A stretch of DNA of 54,825 nucleotides, taken from sequence record DRR723986_8527; one strand, given 5' to 3'. Shown piece after piece: positions 28,286 through 38,082 of this stretch; position 1 is the first letter of the stretch; each line of letters starts with the position of its first letter. The notes beneath the pieces are model-generated. The model was not told the DNA's origin and did no database searches. It saw only the letters and a list, made by a program, of their open reading frames with translations. The position numbers and the translations under genes were made by a program.

Positions 28286-28854
28286 TGAAAGAATTACTTC
28301 ATAATATTAGTCAATGTACTATTTGTAAAGCTCACTTACCTTTAGGACCAAGACCAGTTGCTACTGCACATATTCGTTCTAAGATTGTAATTATTGGTCA
28401 GGCGCCAGGAACAAAAGTTCACCAATCTGGAATTCCTTGGGACGATCAAAGTGGTAAGAAACTGAGACAATGGCTTAATGTAACAAATGAGCAATTTTAC
28501 AATACTGAAAACTTTGCTATTATACCTATGGGTTTCTGTTATCCTGGTAAAGGAAAAACAGGAGATATACCACCACGGCCAGTATGCGCTCCACAATGGC
28601 ATGACTTCCTAATGAAACAAATGCCTAAAGTTGAGTTAATAATTCTCGTTGGCGCTTATGCACAGAAGTATTATTTAAAAGATAAAGCGAAACGAACTTT
28701 GACTGAAACGGTTGGTGAGTATAAATCTTATTTACCAAAGTATTTTCCTATTCCGCATCCTTCACCAACTAATCGGTTTTGGCGTGCTTGGTTTGAGGAA
28801 TTGGTGGTGCCTGAGTTAAGAAAAAGAATTAAGTGTTTGGTTAATGAAAACTAA
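28285..28854 (+). CDS. Uracil-DNA glycosylase family protein
   Basis: GQAPG, MGFCYPG, HPSP motifs. Confidence 0.85.
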   Translation: MKELLHNISQCTICKAHLPLGPRPVATAHIRSKIVIIGQAPGTKVHQSGIPWDDQSGKKLRQWLNVTNEQFYNTENFAIIPMGFCYPGKGKTGDIPPRPVCAPQWHDFLMKQMPKVELIILVGAYAQKYYLKDKAKRTLTETVGEYKSYLPKYFPIPHPSPTNRFWRAWFEELVVPELRKRIKCLVNEN

Positions 28855-29453
28855 TATTGTGAACCATCATGTTTACTAACCTCGTAACCATGCTTCCCTA
28901 AGTATTTGTTACCACTTTCAACAGCACCTTCTTCAATATCTGTTGCCATAGAATCATTCCAACGGTTGAGGTATCCAAAAAGTGAAATAACTCCTAGCAT
29001 TTCCACAATTTCGCCGTCATCCCAATGCTCGTACAAACGTTTTTTAATGTCTGCATTTACAGCGTTTGGGACTTGGCTTGCAGCTAAACTAAAATCTAAC
29101 GCAGCACGTTCCGCTTCAGAAAATGCAGAATGTGTTCTGTATTCCCAAATATTATCTAACTGTTCTTGCTCTGCACCATAACGTTCAGCGGCTCTAATAG
29201 CATGTGCCTGGCAATATCTGCAACCAGTAGAATTACTACTTACCCAGGCTATCATTCGTTTTAAAGCTGAGGTTACACGACCCTCGTTCGCCATTACTGC
29301 TTTGTTTAAGTTTATAAACGCCTTAGATATGGCAGGTCGTCGTTGCATTGTTAATACTGAGTTTGGGCAAAACCCAAGAGTTTCGTTAAAGAATTCTGCC
29401 AATTCTTTCGTTTCTAAATCACGCTCTGGAGATAACGGTGTAACTAATGCCAT
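28851..29453 (-). CDS. Carboxymuconolactone decarboxylase/AhpD-like peroxidase-related protein
   Basis: GFCPNS, CRYCQAH (CxxC), FGYLNRWND; start at MALVTPL. Confidence 0.85.
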   Translation of the reverse strand: MALVTPLSPERDLETKELAEFFNETLGFCPNSVLTMQRRPAISKAFINLNKAVMANEGRVTSALKRMIAWVSSNSTGCRYCQAHAIRAAERYGAEQEQLDNIWEYRTHSAFSEAERAALDFSLAASQVPNAVNADIKKRLYEHWDDGEIVEMLGVISLFGYLNRWNDSMATDIEEGAVESGNKYLGKHGYEVSKHDGSQY

Positions 29454-29521
29454 ATTTGTTTTTTTTAAGTCGTATTTTTGAAAGTACAAGATATGAGTTC
29501 TCTAAATTAAAGTAAAAGAAA

Positions 29522-29959
29522 ATGGCAGATAAAATCGTAACACATTGGCAAGGTGGACTAACTTTTGAATCAGATAACCCTAGTGGTAAATCTGTTATAA
29601 TGGATACAGATATTGAAGGTCAGGAAGAACGTTATGGTTTATCACCTAAGGCCATGATGTTATCGTCCTTAGCTGGTTGTACAGCTTTAGATGTAATTTC
29701 TACGCTAGATAAAATGAAAGAAGACATTGATGATTTTAAAGTTGAGGTTTCTGGAGAACTTACAGATGAGCATCCAAGATATTATCATTCTGTGTTTGTA
29801 GAGTATCATTTTTATGGATCTGACTTAAATATGAAGAAATGTCAACGTGCTGTTGATCTTTCTGTTGAAAAGTATTGCGGAGTTATGGAAATGTTCAGAC
29901 GTTTTGCTGATGTTAAAACCGATATTGTTTATTATATAGGTACAAAGCGAAATATTTAG
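29522..29959 (+). CDS. OsmC-family protein
   Basis: LAGCTALD and SVEKYCGV, the two conserved Cys. Confidence 0.9.
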   Translation: MADKIVTHWQGGLTFESDNPSGKSVIMDTDIEGQEERYGLSPKAMMLSSLAGCTALDVISTLDKMKEDIDDFKVEVSGELTDEHPRYYHSVFVEYHFYGSDLNMKKCQRAVDLSVEKYCGVMEMFRRFADVKTDIVYYIGTKRNI

Positions 29960-29965
29960 TTTTTT

Positions 29966-31657
29966 ATGCGTTGGACTCTTAAGCCAAAACCAGAAACTTC
30001 TCAAGTAGAAGCATTAAAAAAAGCACTTCAAGTCGATGAAATTGTAGCTACACTATTATTACAGCGTGGTATAGATACTTATGATGCTGCTAAGACCTTT
30101 TTTAGACCAAGTTTTGATGATTTGCACGATCCATTATTAATGAAAGATATGGATAAGGCTGTTGCCCGAATAGAATTGGCCATTGCTGAAGGAGAAAACA
30201 TTTTGGTATATGGTGATTACGATGTCGATGGTACAACCTCTGTTGCATTAATGTCGTCGTATTTAAAAACCAGGATAGATACTGTTGCCACCTATATTCC
30301 AGATCGCTATGATGAGGGTTATGGAATTTCTTATAAAGGAATTGATTTTGCCCACGACAATGATTTTGATTTAATCATTGCGTTAGATTGTGGTATTAAG
30401 GCGATTGACAAGGTTAATTACGCAAAAGAAAAAGGGATTGACTTTATTATTTGCGATCATCATAGACCTGGTAATCAAATTCCAGATGCGGTAGCTGTTT
30501 TAGACCCAAAACGAGAAGATTGCGATTATCCTTTTAAAGAACTATGTGGTTGTGGTGTTGGATTTAAACTAATAACAGCTTTAGCATTAAGACAAGGGCA
30601 AACGGCCGAAGATTTAGCCGAATACTTAGATCTAGTCGCAACGGCAATAGGCGCAGACATTGTTCCAATAATAGGAGAAAACAGAGCCTTGGCTTATTTC
30701 GGATTACAGGTTATCAATACCAATCCTAGACCAGGAATGAAGGCTATTATTGCAGAGGTTAAAAAAGACGAACTTACTATAACAGACGTAGTATTTATAA
30801 TTGCTCCTAGAATTAATGCTGCAGGACGAATGAAACACGGCAATCATGCGGTTACCCTTTTGACTGAAACTGATTTTAATATGGCGGCTGAATATGCTGT
30901 AGATATTGATCAATTTAACACAGACCGTAGAGAAGCAGATAGGCAAATAACCGAAGAAGCTTTAGTTAAGATTAAAGATAATAATGAAGAAGAAGGCTTC
31001 ACTACTGTTGTTTATGATGAAAACTGGCACAAAGGTGTTATTGGTATCGTAGCTTCAAGATTAATAGAAACCTATTATAGACCAACTTTAGTTTTTACTA
31101 AAAGTGGTGAGAAATTAGCAGCTTCTGCTCGTTCTGTAAAAGGATTTGACGTGTACAATGCACTAGAGGCTTGCAGTGAATATATAGAACAATTTGGTGG
31201 TCATAAGTACGCTGCTGGTTTAACTTTATTACCACAGAATTATGAAGCATTTAAAACTAAGTTTGAATCCGTTGTGAAAGAAACTATTGATCCAAAACTG
31301 TTAATACCCGAAATAAAAATAGATTTGCAGATTGAGTTAAGCCAAGTCGATCAAAAACTATTACGAATTATAAACCAATTTGCTCCTTTTGGACCAGGCA
31401 ACATGTCACCAACTTTTATGACGCAAGGGGTAAGAGATACTGGCTGGGGAAAATGTGTTGGTGAAGATGATAAACATATTAGATTTACGGCAACACAATC
31501 TTATAATGATAAAATTGTATGTATAGGTTTTGGACTTGGAGATAAAATAGATCTTATTAAGAATAAAAGACCTTTTAGTATTGCTTATGGTATAGACGAA
31601 AACCACTGGAATGGTAATGTGAGCTTACAACTAAAACTAAAGGACATTAAACCCTAG
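29966..31657 (+). CDS. recJ: ssDNA-specific exonuclease RecJ
   Basis: GDYDVDG, DCG, DHH, APRINAAGR, GGHKYAAG. Confidence 0.95.
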   Translation: MRWTLKPKPETSQVEALKKALQVDEIVATLLLQRGIDTYDAAKTFFRPSFDDLHDPLLMKDMDKAVARIELAIAEGENILVYGDYDVDGTTSVALMSSYLKTRIDTVATYIPDRYDEGYGISYKGIDFAHDNDFDLIIALDCGIKAIDKVNYAKEKGIDFIICDHHRPGNQIPDAVAVLDPKREDCDYPFKELCGCGVGFKLITALALRQGQTAEDLAEYLDLVATAIGADIVPIIGENRALAYFGLQVINTNPRPGMKAIIAEVKKDELTITDVVFIIAPRINAAGRMKHGNHAVTLLTETDFNMAAEYAVDIDQFNTDRREADRQITEEALVKIKDNNEEEGFTTVVYDENWHKGVIGIVASRLIETYYRPTLVFTKSGEKLAASARSVKGFDVYNALEACSEYIEQFGGHKYAAGLTLLPQNYEAFKTKFESVVKETIDPKLLIPEIKIDLQIELSQVDQKLLRIINQFAPFGPGNMSPTFMTQGVRDTGWGKCVGEDDKHIRFTATQSYNDKIVCIGFGLGDKIDLIKNKRPFSIAYGIDENHWNGNVSLQLKLKDIKP

Positions 31658-31660
31658 CAA

Positions 31661-32935
31661 TTGCAAAAAAACGATCCATACGCAGCCTTACGTATTAAAG
31701 AATTCAATATTTTTTTATTGGTGCGGTTTGCATTGGTATTTGGTTGGTCTATGCAATTTGTTGTTATTGAATGGCAAGTCTATGTACTAACCAAAGATCC
31801 ATTATCTTTAGGTATTATTGGTTTAATGGAAATTATCCCAGCTTTTAGTATGGCGTTATTTGCCGGCCATATTGTAGACCAACGAGAAAAACGAAATTTA
31901 CTGGCACTGTGTATTGCTGCTTTTTCACTAATTAGTTTCGGCTTGTTCTGGTTAACTTCGCAAAGTGTAGAATTGTCATGGTCTAAAAACCACATCTTAT
32001 ATTCTATATATGCCTTGGTTTTCTTTGGTGGTTTTTTGCGTTCCTTTTTTGGACCCACAATTTTTTCTTTGGTAGCTCTAATTGTTCCTAAAAGGATATA
32101 TCCCAATGCGGCAACCTGGAACAGCTCTACCTGGCAAATGGCTAGAGTATTAGGTGTGGCTTTTGCGGGATTTTCTATTAGTTGGATTGGAGTGCACTGG
32201 TCGTTATGTATAGTTTTTGCACTTGTTATGTTTTCACTTTTGGTGTTATTTCAAATTGAAAAGAAACCTATCCTTAACCCAAAAATTGGTGAACCCGTAG
32301 TGCAAAGCCTTAAAGAAGGTGTCTCATTTGTATTTAAAACCAAAGCAATATTAGGTGCTCTAACCTTAGATATGGTATCTGTTTTATTTGGTGGTGCTGT
32401 AGCATTACTTGCTGTTTTTGCTGAAGATATTTTAAAAGTTGGTCCTCAGGGATTTGGAATTTTAGTGGCAGCACCTTCAATTGGTGCATTCTTAACCATG
32501 CTCGTAACAGCTTATTTACCAATTAGTAAAAGCGCAGGTAAAAAATTATTAATTGCCATTTTTTCTTTTGGTATCTGTATTATTGTTTTTGGTATTTCTA
32601 AGTCTTTTTGGTTATCAGTAGCTGCTTTGTTCTTTAGCGGAGTTGCTGACGGTGTATCTATGGTTATAAGACAGACTATTTTGCAGTTGAAAACGCCTGA
32701 TGAAATGCGAGGCAGAGTGTCCTCGGTAAACTCTATGTTTGTAGGTTCATCTAATGAGTTAGGAGCTTTTGAAAGTGGCGTAACAGCTAAGTTTATGGGA
32801 ACAGTAAATGCGGTTGTTTTTGGTGGAATTATGACGGTTTATACTGTATTAATGACACCGGTTGTATTACCATCTTTTGTGAAATTAGATCTAAGAAAAG
32901 ATATTGAGGAACATGAACAGGGTAATGCGTCTTAG
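31661..32935 (+). CDS. MFS transporter
   Basis: About 12 hydrophobic segments; TPDEMRGRV; TTG start. Confidence 0.85.
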   Translation: MQKNDPYAALRIKEFNIFLLVRFALVFGWSMQFVVIEWQVYVLTKDPLSLGIIGLMEIIPAFSMALFAGHIVDQREKRNLLALCIAAFSLISFGLFWLTSQSVELSWSKNHILYSIYALVFFGGFLRSFFGPTIFSLVALIVPKRIYPNAATWNSSTWQMARVLGVAFAGFSISWIGVHWSLCIVFALVMFSLLVLFQIEKKPILNPKIGEPVVQSLKEGVSFVFKTKAILGALTLDMVSVLFGGAVALLAVFAEDILKVGPQGFGILVAAPSIGAFLTMLVTAYLPISKSAGKKLLIAIFSFGICIIVFGISKSFWLSVAALFFSGVADGVSMVIRQTILQLKTPDEMRGRVSSVNSMFVGSSNELGAFESGVTAKFMGTVNAVVFGGIMTVYTVLMTPVVLPSFVKLDLRKDIEEHEQGNAS

Positions 32936-33702
32936 TACTCTTTTAGTTCAAAAGTCTTACCATCAAAAACACCATAAGTAAAATATTGAATCCAATCACC
33001 TAGATTAATATATTTTGATGAATCGTTAAGTTGAATTTCTAACGGTAAATGTCTGTGGCCAAATACAAAATAATCACTATGTTTTTCTTCAAGTTTACGC
33101 TTGCTATAAATAGCTAACCATTCATTGTCTTCACCTAAAAATGTAGCGTCATCGTCGCCCGATATTAGTTTGTTTTTCACTGAAAAGTACTGTGCAATAC
33201 GCATGCCTATATCTGGATGTCCCCATTTAAATAGCCACTTAAAAAAGGGGCTCACAAAAATCTTTTTCATGCGCTTATAACCCTTGTCTCCAGGTCCTAA
33301 ACCATCACCATGACCGATAAAAAAATCTTTATTACCTAACTTAAATTCTTGTGGTTTATGATATACAGGAATTCCGAGTTCTTCTTCAAAATAGCCATTC
33401 ATCCATAAATCGTGGTTTCCTACAAAATAATAGATTGGAATGCCAGCATCACTAATTTCAGCCAACTTACCTAAAGTTCGTGTAAACCCTTTTGGAATAA
33501 CGGTTTTATATTCAAACCAAAAATCGAATAAATCACCAAGTAGAAAAATAGCTGCGGCATCTTGTTTTGCCTCATCTAACCAAGCAACAAATTTCTTTTC
33601 TCTTGGGCGTGAAGCTTCTGTAGTTGGTGCTCCAAGGTGATTATCTGAAGCAAAATAGATTTTCTTGCCTTGTGGTAACTCTATGTGGTGTTTGTTATTC
33701 AT
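32932..33702 (-). CDS. lpxH: UDP-2,3-diacylglucosamine diphosphatase (LpxH-like)
   Basis: SDNHLG, GDLFDFW, GNHD, HGDG, GHRH, GDW; start at MNNKHH overlaps the queD stop. Confidence 0.8.
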   Translation of the reverse strand: MNNKHHIELPQGKKIYFASDNHLGAPTTEASRPREKKFVAWLDEAKQDAAAIFLLGDLFDFWFEYKTVIPKGFTRTLGKLAEISDAGIPIYYFVGNHDLWMNGYFEEELGIPVYHKPQEFKLGNKDFFIGHGDGLGPGDKGYKRMKKIFVSPFFKWLFKWGHPDIGMRIAQYFSVKNKLISGDDDATFLGEDNEWLAIYSKRKLEEKHSDYFVFGHRHLPLEIQLNDSSKYINLGDWIQYFTYGVFDGKTFELKEY

Positions 33703-34147
33703 TATCGCTGGCAAACCACTCTGCAAAGCTCGTTGCAGTTTCTTGCAGTTTTAAAGAATGAAGTTTAATATTTTGAGGTAGACGTTTATTAATTTTTTTA
33801 GCAAAATCAATAACCATCATTTCACTAGTGGGTTGATAATCAACCAAAAGGACATTATGCCCTCTGTTTTCAAGTTCTTGGGCCAACTCAACATGTGGTG
33901 TGTTTTTATTGAATACTGTAGCATGATCAAAGACATCTACAATTTCTTGTTTTACGATTTTCTTTAAATCACCAAAGTCTATAACCATTCCGAACTTTAC
34001 ATTAGTATTATCTGAAATCGGTGTACCGATAACCGTTACATCCAATCTATAACTATGACCATGAACATTTTTACATTTACCATCATAACCATATAGAGCA
34101 TGACCTGTTTCAAAAGAAAACTGTTTTGTGATACGTATATTACTCAT
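33695..34147 (-). CDS. queD: 6-carboxytetrahydropterin synthase
   Basis: FETGH, CKNVHGHSY, DFGDLK, PTSE. Confidence 0.85.
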   Translation of the reverse strand: MSNIRITKQFSFETGHALYGYDGKCKNVHGHSYRLDVTVIGTPISDNTNVKFGMVIDFGDLKKIVKQEIVDVFDHATVFNKNTPHVELAQELENRGHNVLLVDYQPTSEMMVIDFAKKINKRLPQNIKLHSLKLQETATSFAEWFASDNE

Positions 34148-34245
34148 TAACGTCTTTTATTTCTATTAACAAAATAAACGATTACAAGCACTAACCCAAG
34201 GATTAGAAATAATCCATTACCTCCTAAAAAATTGAGAATATCCAT
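34147..34245 (-). CDS. 32-aa single-TM small protein (not in ORF track)
   Basis: MDILNFLGGNGLFLILGLVLVIVYFVNRNKRR; starts 1 nt after the upstream stop; its TAA overlaps the queD ATG. Confidence 0.65.
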   Translation of the reverse strand: MDILNFLGGNGLFLILGLVLVIVYFVNRNKRR

Positions 34246-34246
34246 T

Positions 34247-34423
34247 TTATTCGTCTTTATATCTGTTTTTGTTGTATCGATAGATAGCGTAAGCAATTAT
34301 TACTAATATTACAAAAGGCAGTAATGTGCCAATAAAAACGCCAATACCATAATTACTATCTGGTGCTTCTTTTAGCTTTTCATCAATATTTACCTCTTGT
34401 AATAGTGTTATAAGTAAACTCAT
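34247..34423 (-). CDS. 58-aa single-TM small protein (not in ORF track)
   Basis: MSLLITLLQEVNIDEKLKEAPDSNYGIGVFIGTLLPFVILVIIAYAIYRYNKNRYKDE; fills the gap within the operon. Confidence 0.75.
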   Translation of the reverse strand: MSLLITLLQEVNIDEKLKEAPDSNYGIGVFIGTLLPFVILVIIAYAIYRYNKNRYKDE

Positions 34424-34448
34424 ACTTTGTATTAAAGTTGCTTCAAAT

Positions 34449-35783
34449 TTAAGTGTTTTGAGCTAGAGGTTTAAATGTTTTTCTGAATTTTATAATTAAG
34501 GGAAGACCACGAGCTACAATCCATAGTGTAAAAGCCGTAAAAATACCATAAAGCTTATAGTTTAATGTATCTGTCCATAAGATGACTGGTATAAATACAA
34601 GAAGCGTAGAGAATAACAAAACATTTCTAAGGTACTTCATTCTGCCAAGACCTTTAAAAACACCATCGAATATAAAGGCTAATGCACATAACGGTTGCAT
34701 TGCCAGAACAATCCAAAAAACAGAGTAAAACTCATTTAATACAGCTTCGTCATTACTAAAGAGGTTGCCTATTGGGAAGTATAACAAACCTCCAATAATT
34801 CCAATTATTAAACCAACAATAATCCCATATTTTATCAATTTGTTACTTAAATCTATAAGATTTTTATAATCTTTAGCACCAAGTAATTTACCTGATAGGA
34901 TGTTACCTGCGCTTGCATAACCATCAATTAAAAATGCTCCTAAAAACCATAGATTTATGGCAATTGTATAAGCGGCGATATAATTTGTGCCATATTTAGT
35001 TGCAAAGCTCGTCCCAAAATACAGAGCTACATTTAATGCAATTGTTCTAATAAAAAGGTTTAGAATCATCATAGCAAATCTTTTTATTTCTGGGTTAAAA
35101 GGGAACTTAACTAATAATGGGATATCGGTCTTTTTAAGAATAAAATAAACAGATAATAAAGCCATAATAATTTGTGCAATAACACTAGAATATGCCGCAC
35201 CTTTTATGTGCATTTCAGGAATTAGTCCTTCGATACCATAAACCAAAATAATATCTAGAAATATATTCGCAATTGCACCTGTAATGGCTATAAGCATGGG
35301 ATGATATGTGTTCTGAAGCCCTCTAAATGTTCCAAAAACAGCAATTGTAAAAAGTGTGAAAGGGAAGCCAAACACACGTATTTGATAGTATTCAATACTA
35401 TAATTTAATATGACATCTGATGCATTATATAGTTTGAAAATTTGAGCCGCAAAAGGATATGTTAAAACAATGATAAGTATACTTAGTGAGGTTATTAAAA
35501 ACATAGCCTGTGCAGGCAAATTCTTTACTTCACTGAGTCTGTCAGCTCCTAGATATTGGGAAACTATAGACGAAATAGCGCTACGTGTTTGTCCTAGAAC
35601 CCAAATGAGCATCGATAAGAATGTTGTCACAATACCTACCGCAGCTAATGATTCTGTTGCGTTATAATTCATATTACCTATAATAGCAGCATCCGTTAAT
35701 GATAAAATAGGTTCTGACACACCAGATATTAATGCTGGTATAGCGAGTTTATTAATTTGCTTTAATGTTATTGTTGTACTCAA
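34449..35783 (-). CDS. MATE-family efflux transporter (DinF-like)
   Basis: LAIPALISGVSEPIL, FRGLQNT, GAAYSS; about 12 TM segments. Confidence 0.9.
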   Translation of the reverse strand: MSTTITLKQINKLAIPALISGVSEPILSLTDAAIIGNMNYNATESLAAVGIVTTFLSMLIWVLGQTRSAISSIVSQYLGADRLSEVKNLPAQAMFLITSLSILIIVLTYPFAAQIFKLYNASDVILNYSIEYYQIRVFGFPFTLFTIAVFGTFRGLQNTYHPMLIAITGAIANIFLDIILVYGIEGLIPEMHIKGAAYSSVIAQIIMALLSVYFILKKTDIPLLVKFPFNPEIKRFAMMILNLFIRTIALNVALYFGTSFATKYGTNYIAAYTIAINLWFLGAFLIDGYASAGNILSGKLLGAKDYKNLIDLSNKLIKYGIIVGLIIGIIGGLLYFPIGNLFSNDEAVLNEFYSVFWIVLAMQPLCALAFIFDGVFKGLGRMKYLRNVLLFSTLLVFIPVILWTDTLNYKLYGIFTAFTLWIVARGLPLIIKFRKTFKPLAQNT

Positions 35784-36280
35784 AGGACTAATTCATAACA
35801 ATGAAAAGGATGTTTACTCTGCTTAGGAAAGTAAATATCATCTAATCTTTTATAGCCGCGAAGTTCGTAAAACTTTTGGTTTCTTTTGTTCTGAGAAAAG
35901 GTGTCTAATCTTATTGAACTATAGTTGTTATCAATGGCAAATTTTTCTGCAAAATCCATAAGAAGTTGTGCATAACCTTTTCCTTGTCTTTCAGGATGAA
36001 TAGCTAAACGATGTATATAGATGTTATTTTCATTTTTTGTTAACCATTCTATTGGGAAATATTCCTCATCCATTAATGTAGAAATTACGATTGTACCAGC
36101 TACTTTATTGTTAATTTCAAGTACAAATAATTCCTTTCGTTCTACATCATTTATAAAAGCCTCAGGATTTGGATAATGTTCATTCCATTGAAAAATTCCG
36201 TTGGATATCATGACTTTAGCACATGCTTTCGTCATTTTCATTATTGCATCTATATCCTTTAAATTACCTAAGCGAATCAT
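35780..36280 (-). CDS. GNAT-family N-acetyltransferase
   Basis: IHRLAIHPERQGKGYA, NQKFYELRGY. Confidence 0.9.
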   Translation of the reverse strand: MIRLGNLKDIDAIMKMTKACAKVMISNGIFQWNEHYPNPEAFINDVERKELFVLEINNKVAGTIVISTLMDEEYFPIEWLTKNENNIYIHRLAIHPERQGKGYAQLLMDFAEKFAIDNNYSSIRLDTFSQNKRNQKFYELRGYKRLDDIYFPKQSKHPFHCYELVL

Positions 36281-36315
36281 TTATAATGTTTACTTTTGCA
36301 TCAAATACACATCGT

Positions 36316-37113
36316 ATGAAAACCATATTAGTTCCCGTTGGATCGTCAAAAAATGCAAAATCTCACTTACAGTATGCTGTAGATTTTGCAAAGGCATTTG
36401 GTGCAAAGTTATATGTTATTCAAATATATAACGTTTACACTAAAGCTGGAACAATGATTAAAGTAGACCATATTATTGAACGAGAATCTAAAGCTTTTTT
36501 AGAATCTCATGTTGCTTCAATTGACACCAAAGGTGTTGAGGTAATTACTAAAACTTTAAAAGGTAAATTGGTTGATACCGTTGAGAAAGTCTGTGAAGCG
36601 CTAGATGTTGATTTAATCATTTTAGAGCCACGAACTAACTCTATTAAAGATGAAGTTTATTTAGGTAAAACATCTGGAAAAATTGTGAAACGTACTCAAA
36701 TACCAGCTTTGGTTGTGCCAGAGGGCTTTACTTATAAGCCTATTGTAAAAATACTTATAGCAGTGAAGTCTGCAATTATTAAGAAAAAGGGTGTCTTAAG
36801 TCCTTTGAAAGCAATTAAGAATCAATTTAAAGCAGTAGTCAATATTCTTCTGGTTAAAACACCATACCACAATGAAGGTGATTTTGAACTCACCGAAGAA
36901 TTAAGAGAGATGATTACAAACACAACTAAATCCGAGAGTCCAACAACATTTCAGGCGGTTTTAGAACATTATAAAAACCATAGCCCTGATTTATTATGTG
37001 TTGTTAGACGCAAACGAGGGTTTTTTAAGAATCTATGGGAAAAGGATGTGATCTTAAAGAAAGATTTTCATAGTTCAAAAATTCCGGTACTTGTTCTTAG
37101 TGGGTTGAAGTAA
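36316..37113 (+). CDS. Universal stress protein (tandem USP)
   Basis: MKTILVPV, YLGKTSGKIV, IPVLVL; start reassigned to 36316. Confidence 0.9.
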   Translation: MKTILVPVGSSKNAKSHLQYAVDFAKAFGAKLYVIQIYNVYTKAGTMIKVDHIIERESKAFLESHVASIDTKGVEVITKTLKGKLVDTVEKVCEALDVDLIILEPRTNSIKDEVYLGKTSGKIVKRTQIPALVVPEGFTYKPIVKILIAVKSAIIKKKGVLSPLKAIKNQFKAVVNILLVKTPYHNEGDFELTEELREMITNTTKSESPTTFQAVLEHYKNHSPDLLCVVRRKRGFFKNLWEKDVILKKDFHSSKIPVLVLSGLK

Positions 37114-37129
37114 TCAGCTTATTATTCTT

Positions 37130-37203
37130 GGGGCATTAGCTCAGCTGGCTAGAGCGCTACGCTGGCAGCGTAGAGGTCATCGGTTCGACTCCGATATGCT
37201 CCA
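37130..37203 (+). tRNA. tRNA-Ala(GGC)
   Basis: GGGGCAT/ATGCTCC acceptor stem with G3-U70; anticodon arm CTACG-CTGGCAG-CGTAG; GGTTCGACTCC T arm; CCA not encoded. Confidence 0.97.
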
Positions 37204-37212
37204 CATTAAGAA

Positions 37213-37245
37213 GAACACCTAAACATTTATTTAGGTGTTTTTTTA
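37213..37245. terminator. Terminator between the tRNA and the convergent hydrolase gene
   Basis: AACACCTAAA-CATTTA-TTTAGGTGTTTTTT. Confidence 0.7.
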
Positions 37246-38082
37246 TTTTATAAAGTTAATCACAGAATCGATTATTAATTGAAATTCTGAAGAAGGTTTG
37301 TTCTCTATCCAAGGATGTTTAACATTAAATACATGATTAGCTCCTTTTATAATTTCTAGATGACCCTTAGGGTTCCATTTTTTTAAATCTAATGCTTCAT
37401 CCATAGATACCGAAGTATCATTATCGCCATGAATTATTAAATGTGGAATATTAAGCCGTTTTTCTGCAGATTCGATATGAAGTCGTTCTTCATTTGCTTT
37501 GTAGTCTTCGTAGAATTGATAATAATGCGGCATTTGCTGCTTTGTTCTACCATTAAGTACATATTTTACTCCATTCTTTTTCCATTCTTCTAAATCTCCC
37601 GTGGTAGAAGTTCTTTTTCCAAATGCGCTAACGCTTGCCAATGTGATAAGTTTGCTTATTCTATTGTCTTCTGATGCTGTTATTATAGCTATACCACCTC
37701 CTCGGCTATGACCTAATAAATAAATTTTATCTGTATTTACATTATGACTGTTTTTAAAACGACTTTGAGTCCAATCTATAACATCTTCTAAATCCTTTAG
37801 TTCTTTCGTGTAGTTATTATTCCCAAAAGCTTCTAAATCCGGAAAATCAATAGGGTTTTCTATTGTACCACCATTATGCGAAAAGTTGAATTTAACGAAA
37901 CAAATCCCTGTATTAGCGATGGTCTCTGCCATAAGATTCCAAGCTCCCCAATCTTTAAATCCTTTATAACCATGGCAAAAAATTATAATGGGTTGATTAG
38001 TTTTCTCCTTAGAATAAAAGGTATCAATAAGAATAGGTCTGTTGCTTTCTCTATTAAGGATTATGTTTTTATCGATATGCAT
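37243..38082 (-). CDS. Alpha/beta hydrolase
   Basis: HGYKG, GHSRGG nucleophile elbow, HGDND, GANH. Confidence 0.9.
   Translation of the reverse strand: MHIDKNIILNRESNRPILIDTFYSKEKTNQPIIIFCHGYKGFKDWGAWNLMAETIANTGICFVKFNFSHNGGTIENPIDFPDLEAFGNNNYTKELKDLEDVIDWTQSRFKNSHNVNTDKIYLLGHSRGGGIAIITASEDNRISKLITLASVSAFGKRTSTTGDLEEWKKNGVKYVLNGRTKQQMPHYYQFYEDYKANEERLHIESAEKRLNIPHLIIHGDNDTSVSMDEALDLKKWNPKGHLEIIKGANHVFNVKHPWIENKPSSEFQLIIDSVINFIK

Noticed and set aside
37204-37245. Integrative element at tRNA-Ala
   Set aside because: No integrase and no duplicated tRNA 3' end noticed in the window
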